A DNA stretch of 31,611 nt from a bacterium (GTDB lineage: Bacteria > Krumholzibacteriota > Krumholzibacteriia > G020349025): the NCBI GenBank assembly GCA_031362565.1, contig JANLSU010000043.1, positions 1-31,611 of the forward strand, in the 5' to 3' direction. The notes below the pieces were generated by a model. It was given only the letters and a program-made list of their open reading frames with translations, was not told where the DNA came from and did not search any database. This document shows, in pieces, positions 1-8,751 of the stretch. Within the stretch, counting starts at the first letter, position 1. Each line of letters opens with the position of its first letter. The position numbers and the translations under genes are program-made.

Positions 1-59
1 GCTTGGTTAACGGGCTCGCGCATCTAATCATGCGCGCGAAGCGCGCGGCGCGGCCCGTT

Positions 60-114
60 CTGTCTGAGTCGGCGGGGGGTCGCACACTCCCGAAGACCGC
101 CTCGCTCCAGCGAT
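60..114. repeat. Dispersed intergenic repeat, copy A
   Basis: 81-114 matches 31422-31455 at 30/34 nt; 60-72 (CTGTCTGAGTCGG) matches 31360-31372 (CTGTCAGACTCGG) at 11/13 nt; same orientation. Confidence 0.7.
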
Positions 115-149
115 CCCTCCGAAACGGGCACAGGACGACGAAAAGAACC

Positions 150-959
150 TCAAGCCGTGGCCGTAACCGCGCCTTCGAAGATCTTCATTTCGCCGACGGT
201 ATAGAAGCCGCGCTCCGACAGCAGCCGGATGAGCTCCAGCAGGACGCGCGCCGTTGCGTAGGCGTCGTCGTGGGCGCGGTGGCGGTGTTCGAGGGGAATT
301 CCCAGGTGGGTCGCGAGACTGTGCAGCTTGCGGCTGCCGGTCTTGGGATGAATGAGCCGTTGCGACAATTTCACCGTGCACAGATGCGGCAGAATGAACC
401 GCACACCGGTCGCCTGTTCGACCATCACCTTCAAAAAGCCGTAGTCGAAGGAGGCGTTGTGGGCGACGAAGATGCCGCCATCCAGAGCCGCCAGAATCTT
501 GGGCAGCAGTTCCTCGAGCGTCGGCGCGTCCTGCACCATGAGATCGTCGATACCGGTGAGACGCGTGATGCTCTGCGGGATCGGCCGCTGCGGATTGACC
601 AGCGTCGAGAGCAACGGCTCGGCAACTCCACCGCAGACGCGGAACAGTCCGATGTCGATGATGGCGTTGGTGGCCGGATCGCTGCCGGTCACTTCGAGAT
701 CGAGAACGCGGAATTCGGCTTCGGCAAGCGGCGAGTCGGCATAGCCGCAACTGATCGCTTCCCACAGACCGGCGTGGACCTCTTGGAAGCGCGTGTCGCG
801 CGCCAGCACCCGCCGGACGGCGCGCCGCATCTGGCGCTTGTCACGCACTTTGAGCTCGAGCACCCGGCTACCGATCAACGCCGAGGGCGTCGGCGCCGGG
901 TTGTCGTTGATGAACCGGTATGCCAGGTCCAGCTTGGCTGCCCGAGCTTCGGGATCCAT
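150..959 (-). CDS. DEDDh 3'-5' exonuclease (DnaQ/Pol III epsilon-like) with an N-terminal extension
   Basis: Motifs VLDLEVTG (ExoI), VAHNASFD (ExoII), HRAHDDA (ExoIII). Start placed at ATG 959 (MDPEAR), downstream of the predicted promoter. Confidence 0.9.
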   Translation of the reverse strand: MDPEARAAKLDLAYRFINDNPAPTPSALIGSRVLELKVRDKRQMRRAVRRVLARDTRFQEVHAGLWEAISCGYADSPLAEAEFRVLDLEVTGSDPATNAIIDIGLFRVCGGVAEPLLSTLVNPQRPIPQSITRLTGIDDLMVQDAPTLEELLPKILAALDGGIFVAHNASFDYGFLKVMVEQATGVRFILPHLCTVKLSQRLIHPKTGSRKLHSLATHLGIPLEHRHRAHDDAYATARVLLELIRLLSERGFYTVGEMKIFEGAVTATA

Positions 960-1018
960 GCCACCATCTCTCGAAGTCGGTCGCAGCGGGGGGTCGTCCA
1001 CGGCCGTCGCAGACCCCA

Positions 1019-1048
1019 ATGGTACCCTTTATGACATCCCGGTGTCAA
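1019..1048 (-). promoter_or_regulatory. Sigma70-like promoter for the exonuclease, overlapped by an inverted repeat
   Basis: Minus strand TTGACA (1048-1043), 18-nt spacer, TACCAT (1024-1019). Palindrome TGACA-N6-TGTCA at 1032-1047. Confidence 0.6.
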
Positions 1049-1152
1049 AAGCGGCGCGATTTGGCACGGATCGAAGCGCTGCGGAGTGGGGCGATTTGCC
1101 ACGACGAGGGCCGTGGTTTGTTCGGCGCGACCGGCTACGACTCGGGCCCCGA

Positions 1153-1941
1153 TCACGGCCGCCGCGACTTGCCACGACTTGGGGCGCCCATGCCGAGCAG
1201 TTCCAGCGAGTACTCCCACGTGCGGGGCGAGCTCTGCGGCACGCCGGGAACCGGCTGCGAGAGGCTGCGTTCGCTGCGGACCGTCGCCGTGGCGCGAACG
1301 ATCCCAAGAATAGGTGCCTCGAGGTGCGTCCAAGTCTCGACGTCGCGCACCGCCGACTGGGTCATTTGCGCCGGGCCCAAGGCCTTCACCTGGCGGCTCG
1401 ACTCGTGGATCCGCCGCCCACGGCACTGGAAGGCACGCGCGCCAACGCGCAGCTCGCGGTCGGCGAGCACCGAATCGCGCCCCCCCGGCAGCGGCGGCGT
1501 GCGTTCGAGCCCGGGGATTGCGCCCCAGTCGTCCGGCCCGTAGTGGGTCGTATCGCGGCCGGCAATTTCCACGACGGAGCGTAGATGGTCGAGCAGCGAG
1601 CCGCCCTGGCCGCGAAAAAGCGCCGGCGCGACTTCGAGCCGCGCATCGAGGCTATCTCCGGCCGTGAGCTGCAAGTAGACGCTGCCATCGGGACCGGGAG
1701 CGATCCGCTGCACGCAGGCGTCGAATACGACTTCGCGCCTGCCCGCCGGCTCCTGGGCCGTGAAGCGGTAGTGGCCGCAAGCACCGACGCGCGGCGTGAC
1801 CGCCTCCAGGCCGCGCAGCAAAACTTCGAGCTGCGCCTGTGCCGGCCCCGCCACCGCGACGCACACCGCCACCAAAAGCAAACCGGCGCACGAGCGGTTG
1901 GAGCCGCTCGCGCGCCGGGGTTTCGAAAAGATGCTTCTCAC
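1153..1941 (-). CDS. Secreted hypothetical protein
   Basis: 262 aa; hydrophobic stretch ending ...AGPAQA|Q (signal peptide-like); GTG start overlaps the upstream stop (GTGA, 1938-1941). Confidence 0.7.
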   Translation of the reverse strand: MRSIFSKPRRASGSNRSCAGLLLVAVCVAVAGPAQAQLEVLLRGLEAVTPRVGACGHYRFTAQEPAGRREVVFDACVQRIAPGPDGSVYLQLTAGDSLDARLEVAPALFRGQGGSLLDHLRSVVEIAGRDTTHYGPDDWGAIPGLERTPPLPGGRDSVLADRELRVGARAFQCRGRRIHESSRQVKALGPAQMTQSAVRDVETWTHLEAPILGIVRATATVRSERSLSQPVPGVPQSSPRTWEYSLELLGMGAPSRGKSRRP

Positions 1942-3335
1942 GAGCCGGTATGCGCTCCGTGCGCCATTTTCGCCCAGTAACTCTTGAATTCGAAGTTCGG
2001 GCTGTTCTTCTGGTCGTGACAGACCGTGCAGGTCTTCGGATCCGGCTTCATGACGAACTTGGTGTCACCGTGCAACGTTCCATAGCTGTGACACTGTTCG
2101 CAGGACACGACGCCCAGTTCGGCCTGGGCGTTGGGATAGCCGGTAGGCTGGTTGTAGCCTGTCACGTGGCACTTGAGGCACTCGGCCGAGGACTCCATAG
2201 CCTTGGCCTCGAGTGACGCCATCGAGTGCGCGTGCTTGGTGTCCTTCCACGACTCGTACTCGGCTTGATGGCAGCGTGCACACATCATTGCGCCGATGAA
2301 CTTCTCCTGCGGGCCGCTGGCCGCCGACGCTCCCGCCGTGTTCGCCCCGACGACCTGCTCGACGGCCTCGCGCTTGCGCACATCCTTGAGGCGCTCCTTC
2401 AAGTCGTTCATCATGATCGTCGTGAGCGAGTCATCTTTGACGTTCTTGTCGAGCGCATGCATCTCGTGGGTGTAGCGCAAGATCTTGCCGTGCTCACTGA
2501 CCACCATCATGAGTGCACCGAGGTATTTGCCGCGCTCGCCGGCTTCGAGCACCAGGCTCTTGCCGCCGGTCGAATCGGAACCCACTTCGGTGACCTTGTG
2601 GTTGACGAAGCCGTCCATGCCCGAAATCGCCACGTCGATGCCTTTGACTTCGTCCACGAGCTGCTGTGATTTGCGTTGGCCCAGATGGGTGAACACCACG
2701 ACCACATCGGCCTTGGTGCGCACTTCCGGCAGCAGCGCCGCAACGGCTTCCTTGGGATCGAGGACGCTCAGATTGTCGCCGTCCGAGTTGTAGGGCGACA
2801 GGGCCTCGCCTTCCTGCATGACGCCGAGGAACGCGACCCGAATACCCTTCACGTTGCGCACAACGTAAGGATTGAAGACGAACTTCCCGTCCGCCTTTTG
2901 CTTGAGGTTCGACGACACCAGGTCGAGCTTGTCCTTGACCGCGAGGTCACGCAACGTCTGCACGCCCCAGGAGAGATCCGCCGGGGTGACGTTGACGGCC
3001 TCATACTTCATCGACCCCATGACATCCATGAGGAACAGGCTCTGCGTTTTTTGCGACTCCGCGGAGCCGCCCATGGCAAAGCCGCCACCCGACACCGGAA
3101 GCACGTTCGGGTGAGTGCCGCGATAGTTGTTGATCACCGTCGCTCGCCGAGCAACGCCGCCCATCCGGGCGGATTTTCAGCCACACTCTTCGAAGTCACC
3201 GCGATCGTCGCTCTGATACAGGAGCACGATTTCGGTTTCGGGTGCGGGCTTCATCGCCATTTGCTTCGGCTGTCCGCACGCATACGCGCCGGCGAGCCCC
3301 AGCAATGCGATCAACAACAACAGTCGACTCTTCAC
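1938..3335 (-). CDS. Probable selenoprotein: lipoprotein with an UshA/5'-nucleotidase-like domain (CGU motif) and a C-terminal tetraheme cytochrome c554-like domain, 465 aa
   Basis: RBS AAAGGA then GTG at 3335. Reads MKSRLLLLIALLGLAGAYA-C (lipobox)...LLYQSDDRGDFEECG-TGA(3179-3177)-KSARMGGVARRAT, in frame with the 408-aa ORF. Four CxxCH motifs: CARCH, CLKCH, CEQCH, CTVCH. Confidence 0.85.
3138..3172 (-). promoter_or_regulatory. Candidate bacterial SECIS element downstream of the in-frame UGA
   Basis: mRNA after UGA: AAAU-CCGCCC-GGAU-GGGCGG, then CGUUGCUC-GGC-GAGCGACG (8 bp including one G-U). The second loop starts with G and follows 28 nt after the UGA. Confidence 0.6.
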
Positions 3336-3361
3336 GTGTCGTCCTTTCGACGCATCAAGCG

Positions 3362-3706
3362 TTAGCGCTCGCCGTTGACTGTACCGCTACCGGCCGCCGG
3401 TTCGCAAGGGAGCGCAGCCCGCAGGCGAGCGCGAAATACCGTACCGGGCCGAAACGCGGCCGCCATTCCGGCCGGAACCACGATCGGTTGCTGCGTTTGC
3501 GGGTTGCGTGCCACCCGCTCGGCGCGCCGGCGCGTTTCGAAGGTGCCGAATCCAGGGAGTTGCACGCGCTCACCCCGTTCGAGCGCTTCTACAATGATAC
3601 CGGGTGCTTGGGTTCCGCCAAACAGCGCTTCAACAGCCCGCCGCGCGTTCTCGGCGCTCATGCCACCGCGCCGCGCAACATCAGTCACGAGATTTGTCTT
3701 GTTCAT
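3362..3706 (-). CDS. hup: HU family DNA-binding protein
   Basis: MNKTNLV...VQLPGFGTFETRRRAERVARNPQTQQPIVVPA...FRPG signature; RBS AAGGGGAG before ATG 3706. Confidence 0.92.
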   Translation of the reverse strand: MNKTNLVTDVARRGGMSAENARRAVEALFGGTQAPGIIVEALERGERVQLPGFGTFETRRRAERVARNPQTQQPIVVPAGMAAAFRPGTVFRARLRAALPCEPAAGSGTVNGER

Positions 3707-3971
3707 GTCTCCCCTTGTAGATGACATCGGCGTTCGTCTGGACTCCAAAAACGGCAGCAAGTTCGTTGCAAGTTCGTACCCGGCGCGGGTACCGCACCCC
3801 GGCGGAGCCGCAGACCTTGCCGGGTTGCCGGTGCTATGATCCGCGCACCCCGGGGCCCGCGCGACTCGCCCGCGCTGCCCGGTGGCCGCGGTCGCGGCTA
3901 CCGGTCTGCCGGATTCGGGCCTGCGCCCCGTGTGTGCCCGCATCGATGTTCCGAACCGGAGGATTCACCGC

Positions 3972-6900
3972 ATGAAAGCGAGCCCGAGTGCGCCCGCGTT
4001 GGCTTTCGCGTCTCTCGCCGGAGGCCTGTGTCTCTTTGTTGCAACCGCATTTGCGGTGGTCGAACCCTCTGCCCCGAACCTCGACGTGCACCGGTTGCAG
4101 CCCGTCGAAGCGCTGCCGAAAGCCGCGACCCTCGCGGCGCGCGCCACACTCGAGCGCTCCCCGGCATGGATCTCGTGGAACCAGGCGCACCGCGATTGGC
4201 GCGTCACCTGGAACGAGCGCACCGGAACGGCGCACCGTCTTGTCGGTCCCGGCCTGCACACGTCCGCGTCGCTCACCCATAGCGCCGCAGTGGAATCCGC
4301 GTGCCGCGACCTCTTGAACTCGGCGTCCGGCCTGACCGGCGTTCGCCCAAGCGATTTGCATCTCCTGGCCGCCGACCACCGGCTCGGCCGCTGGTACGTG
4401 GTCTTCGAACAAACGGCGAACGGCATCCCGGTGCGCGGCGGCCGTGCCGACGTGCGCGTCACCGACCAGGGTGACGTGCTGCTCTTGGGCGCCGACTGGC
4501 ATCGCAACGTGACGGTACCGGCACACGCACTGGTTGGTGCGGACGCGGCCCTCGCGTCAGCGTCGCGCGACCTCGGCACCACACCCACCGACGTCAAACA
4601 TGAACTCGTCGTGGTGCCCGAGCCGCAAGGCGCGGGGTACACGTACCATCTCGCTCACGAACTGCATTTCCGCACCACGGAGCCGCTCGGCAACTGGCAG
4701 GCGTGGGTCGATGCCGAAACCGGTGCGCTTCTCGAGCGCGTCAACCAGGTGCGGTACGCCGATCTCACCGGCACGGTAACGACGCAGATCGAACCCATCA
4801 CCGTCGGCGATCCGCTGGTCGAACAACCACTCCGCGATACGCGCTTCAACGTCGGCTCGGGCGTCACGGAGTTCGGCTATACCGGCCCCGATGGCAGCTA
4901 CAACGTGACCACGGCGGCGACAGATTCCGTCAGCGTGCGGGTCCGCCTTTCAGGCCGCTTCGGCCGGGTGTTCAACCAGCAACTGGGGCTGGTCACTCCG
5001 GCCATCGACGCCCGCATGTTGCCCGGCTCGCCGCGCAATTTCGTGTGGAACGACAGCAATTCCAGGGCCAGCGAACGCGATGCCTACTATCATGCACTGG
5101 TCGCGCATCAGAACATCAAGACTTTGGATCCGGCATTCACGGGACTCGACTACACGATGCCGATCAAAGTCGACATCTTCGATCGCGAGTGCAATGCGTT
5201 CTACGACGGTTTGGGGATCAATTTCGAGCTCGAGAGCGCCCGCTGCGCGAACACGGCCCGCATTGCCGACGTCGTTCTGCACGAATATGGCCATGGCATT
5301 ACCGACCAGGTGTACCGGCCCTTGGCGCCCTCCGGGGCGATGCACGAGGGATTCTCGGACTACTGGGCCGCCACCATCATGGATGACCCGCGCATCGGCC
5401 GCGGATTCCGTGGCCCGGGCACCATCCTGCGCACCGTCGACAACACGCGCCGCGTGCCCGACAACGTCAACGGCGAAGTCCACAACGACGGCCTCATCAT
5501 CGCCGGCGCGCTCTGGGACCTGCGCCAGGCGCTCGGCAAGGCAACCGCCGACACCCTGTTTCACTACGCGCGCTATGGGCGCGCCGACAACTTCGACGAC
5601 TACCTGCTGGACGTCCTGGTGACGGACGACGACAACGGCAATATCTATGACGGCACGCCGCACTTCGACGCCATCGTGGCGTCGTTCTCGGTGCACGGCA
5701 TCGGCGACTACAGCGTGCAGATCGCGCACACCCCGGAGGCCGATACCGAGGATCTCCTCAAGCCGCTGACCATCGACGCGACGATCCTGTCGATTTTCGC
5801 CCTCGATCCCGCAAGCTTGCTGCTGTACTACCGCACGGATGGCGGCGGGTGGAACGAGCTGGCGCTGGCACCGGCCGGTGCCGGCGTCCGCGAGTTCGCG
5901 GCGACGATTCCAGCCCAGTCGGGCGGGACGCTTGTCGAGTACTACGTCGCGGCGGCCGACACCGCCGGACACATCGCCGTTGCACCGCCCGCCGGCTCTT
6001 TGGAGCCGTTCGCGTTCCACGTCGGCACCGACATCACGCCGCCGGTAATCACCCACACCCCGCTCGACGACCAGCCCATCGATGCGCCGGCCGGCTGGAC
6101 GTTGCTCGCGGAAGTCACCGACAACCTCGATCGTGCCGTCGCCCAGGTGGCGGCGGAATACAGTGTCAACTCGCCGGCCCTCGACCAGACGGCGAATTTG
6201 GCCCCGGCGGGACTGCCGCGTTGGGCCGTGGGTCTGCCGGCAGCCGGCGCCAGTCTGGGCGACGTGGTGCACTACCGCCTGGTAGCGGTCGATTCGGCCA
6301 TTACTCCGAACAGCGCCGACACACCCAGCAAGGGCGACTACACGTTTCAGGTCGTCGAGGGTCTGAGCCGCGATCTCGAAGCCAACGACGCCGGCTTCAG
6401 CCCCGGCGGCGAATGGGAATGGGGCGTGCCGAATGGCGACCTCACGGCGTTCACCGGCACCAACGTCTGGGGCACCGGCATCCACGACAGCTACGGCGAC
6501 AACACGGACTCCGCCCTCGAGACGGCCCTCATCGATCTCGGTACCTGGACGCATGGGGCGTTCGTGTTCCATCACTGGCTGAAGAGCGAGCCCCTCTACG
6601 ACGGCGGGCGCGTCGAAATCACCACTGATGGTGGGACAAGCTGGACGCCGATCGTGCCGAACGGCGGTTATCCGGTGGATTACGTCGACGCGATCGGCGG
6701 GGCGGGATTCAACGGCGATTCGGGCGGCTGGCAACAGGCGGAGTTCGACTTGTCGCAGTTCCTCGGGCAAACCGTGGCGCTGCGCTGGCGCTTCCTTTCG
6801 GACAACGGCGTCGTTCAACGCGGTTGGTTCATCGACGATGTCGAGATCGTCGCCCGCCAGGTGTTGTCCGTGCCGCTCGTCGTGACCGCCGAGAGCGGAC

Positions 6901-8675
6901 TCGATTCGCAGGTGCCGGTGCGCTGGCAAGCGCCGGCCGGGATCGATCCGCTGGCCGTAAGGACGCCGCTCACCGGCTACAACGTCTACCGCGCCACGCT
7001 ATCGGACTTGAGTGACGCAGTGTTGATCACGCCGTCGCCGGTTGCGACCGCCGCGTTCACGGATGCCGATGCCGTGAACGGCACGGTCTATTTCTACGCC
7101 GTGACCGCCCTGTACGCGGCCGGCGAGAGCCCGCCATCGGCTCCGGCAGCCGGCGGGCCCTATGTCGCAGGTTATTCGGCCGACGTCGCGACCCTCGACG
7201 TGCACGCGGTCGAAGCAGCCAGCGATACGGTGGTGACGTTCAGCAACACCGGTTCGGGCTTCTTGAAAATGAATGTGTGGCTCGGGGATCCCGCCGACAC
7301 CAACATCGATCAAGTGCGCATCGCCTATCCGCTGGGGACGCCCGGCAAAGCCACGGCGGCGGCGGCACACCTCGAGCGCCCCCGCTTCCGCTTCGCGGAC
7401 ATGCTGCAGAAGCCGGCGGCGACGACGGCCAAATTGCCACGCAACGTCGCGAAGGCGGCGGCGGTCCCGGCGGGCGGCGGGTCCTGGACACCGCTCTACA
7501 CCGACACGTCGGAACCGACGGTCACGCCGGATCTGAAACAGTTCTTCGTGCAAGAAACACCGACCGACATTCTGTTCAAGATCACGGCGTATCAGCCGTG
7601 GACCGATTTGCTCAACGACTTCAATACGCTGGTCGGCATCGACGCCGATGCGAACCGTGAAACCGGCGATCAAAACGGCAACGACTACTACATCATCGTC
7701 GGACCGATCGCCCTCCAGTTCGGCGTCCCGGCGGTGATCCTGGTCGGCAACAACCCGGTTGGCGTACCGGCGCATCAAGTCCTGCCGGCGGCCGGCGACT
7801 CGTTGGAAGTCAGCATCGGCCGGGCGCTGTTGGGCAACTCGCAGCGCATCAATCTGACGGTCTTGGCGCTCGACCCGGCGTTTTCGTTGCGTGACATCAT
7901 GCCGAACGGCCGCGTGACATCGAGCTGGCTGCAGCCGCAGCAACTCGCCGTTTCGGTGCCGGCCGGCGCACCGGTTGCATTGTCACTCCACTTCCCCGGC
8001 ATCGTGCCGTTCGGCAACTACGGCGGTAAGATCTTCCTGGAAACCAATGCGCCCGCGAACCCGGTCGTGACGATTCCGGTCGGGTATCACTTCGCAACGA
8101 CGCCGGTGACAATCGCCGATTTGTCGGCGACGCAAACCAACGAAGATGTGGTGGTGCGCTGGCGTACGACGCGCGAGGACGGCGTGCAGGCGTTCCGAAT
8201 CTTCCGCGCCAAAGACGGCAGCGCGTTCGCGGCGCTCGAGCCTGACGTCCAGCCGGAACCGCGCCACCAGTACGCGTTCCGTGACCCGGCGCCGGAAGCC
8301 GGCACCTACGTGTATCGAATCGGCGAGGTCGGCACGGACGGTCGAGTGACACTCGCCGCCACGACCCAAGTCACCGTCGCGGCGACCGTGCCGCGCGTCA
8401 CATTCTTGGATCCGGCGGTGCCGAATCCGTTTAATCCGACGACGATCCTGCGCTTCGGACTCGCGGTCCCCGGCAGTGCCGAAGTCGCCATCTTCGACAG
8501 CCGTGGACGCCGGCTGCGCACTCTGTGGCGCACCGCGCATGCCGAGGCGGCGATCTACCATGTGACGTGGGATGGCCGTGACGATGGCGGCAGGCGCGTC
8601 GCGAGCGGTGTCTATCACGCCCGGCTTGTCGCCTCGGGCCGCGCCTGGACGCGCCGCTTGACGCTGGTGAAGTAA
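3972..8675 (+). CDS. Large secreted zinc metallopeptidase (M4/M36 type) with FTP/PepSY propeptide, Ig/FN3/MAM-like domains and a C-terminal FlgD-Ig/T9SS-like domain
   Basis: GGAGG RBS and signal peptide; VDAETGALL (PepSY-like); HEYGH...MHEGFSD...EVHNDG catalytic motifs; tail PNPFNPTT...IFDSRGR...WDGRDDGGRRVASGVY...LTLVK. Confidence 0.88.
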   Translation: MKASPSAPALAFASLAGGLCLFVATAFAVVEPSAPNLDVHRLQPVEALPKAATLAARATLERSPAWISWNQAHRDWRVTWNERTGTAHRLVGPGLHTSASLTHSAAVESACRDLLNSASGLTGVRPSDLHLLAADHRLGRWYVVFEQTANGIPVRGGRADVRVTDQGDVLLLGADWHRNVTVPAHALVGADAALASASRDLGTTPTDVKHELVVVPEPQGAGYTYHLAHELHFRTTEPLGNWQAWVDAETGALLERVNQVRYADLTGTVTTQIEPITVGDPLVEQPLRDTRFNVGSGVTEFGYTGPDGSYNVTTAATDSVSVRVRLSGRFGRVFNQQLGLVTPAIDARMLPGSPRNFVWNDSNSRASERDAYYHALVAHQNIKTLDPAFTGLDYTMPIKVDIFDRECNAFYDGLGINFELESARCANTARIADVVLHEYGHGITDQVYRPLAPSGAMHEGFSDYWAATIMDDPRIGRGFRGPGTILRTVDNTRRVPDNVNGEVHNDGLIIAGALWDLRQALGKATADTLFHYARYGRADNFDDYLLDVLVTDDDNGNIYDGTPHFDAIVASFSVHGIGDYSVQIAHTPEADTEDLLKPLTIDATILSIFALDPASLLLYYRTDGGGWNELALAPAGAGVREFAATIPAQSGGTLVEYYVAAADTAGHIAVAPPAGSLEPFAFHVGTDITPPVITHTPLDDQPIDAPAGWTLLAEVTDNLDRAVAQVAAEYSVNSPALDQTANLAPAGLPRWAVGLPAAGASLGDVVHYRLVAVDSAITPNSADTPSKGDYTFQVVEGLSRDLEANDAGFSPGGEWEWGVPNGDLTAFTGTNVWGTGIHDSYGDNTDSALETALIDLGTWTHGAFVFHHWLKSEPLYDGGRVEITTDGGTSWTPIVPNGGYPVDYVDAIGGAGFNGDSGGWQQAEFDLSQFLGQTVALRWRFLSDNGVVQRGWFIDDVEIVARQVLSVPLVVTAESGLDSQVPVRWQAPAGIDPLAVRTPLTGYNVYRATLSDLSDAVLITPSPVATAAFTDADAVNGTVYFYAVTALYAAGESPPSAPAAGGPYVAGYSADVATLDVHAVEAASDTVVTFSNTGSGFLKMNVWLGDPADTNIDQVRIAYPLGTPGKATAAAAHLERPRFRFADMLQKPAATTAKLPRNVAKAAAVPAGGGSWTPLYTDTSEPTVTPDLKQFFVQETPTDILFKITAYQPWTDLLNDFNTLVGIDADANRETGDQNGNDYYIIVGPIALQFGVPAVILVGNNPVGVPAHQVLPAAGDSLEVSIGRALLGNSQRINLTVLALDPAFSLRDIMPNGRVTSSWLQPQQLAVSVPAGAPVALSLHFPGIVPFGNYGGKIFLETNAPANPVVTIPVGYHFATTPVTIADLSATQTNEDVVVRWRTTREDGVQAFRIFRAKDGSAFAALEPDVQPEPRHQYAFRDPAPEAGTYVYRIGEVGTDGRVTLAATTQVTVAATVPRVTFLDPAVPNPFNPTTILRFGLAVPGSAEVAIFDSRGRRLRTLWRTAHAEAAIYHVTWDGRDDGGRRVASGVYHARLVASGRAWTRRLTLVK

Positions 8676-8751
8676 GCGGCGGCCTCGTTGGCCGCATCCC
8701 GTGGGCCCGGCAGGCTGCGCATCGGCGCCGCGTGCCGGGCCCGCGGTGCTT

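Noticed and set aside
1938..3164. 408-aa ORF starting at MGGVARR as the complete gene
   Set aside because: It has no RBS or signal peptide and starts mid-domain; the upstream in-frame segment supplies both.
3177..3179. Genome-wide UGA reassignment (Trp or Gly) as the explanation for the in-frame TGA
   Set aside because: TGA is a normal stop for the exonuclease, ROK, tsaE, the porX-like gene, miaB and this gene itself, and Trp is encoded by TGG. Read-through must be site-specific.
4950..6929. Long antisense or alternate-frame ORFs (also 3-1034, 8701-10350, 10205-12100, 13792-15486, 23859-25751)
   Set aside because: These are shadow ORFs expected opposite real genes in high-GC DNA; they have no motifs and are Arg/Ala-rich.
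8679..8695. Terminator after the peptidase (GCGGCC-TCGTT-GGCCGC)
   Set aside because: Only a 6-bp stem with no U-tract; expected by chance at this GC content.
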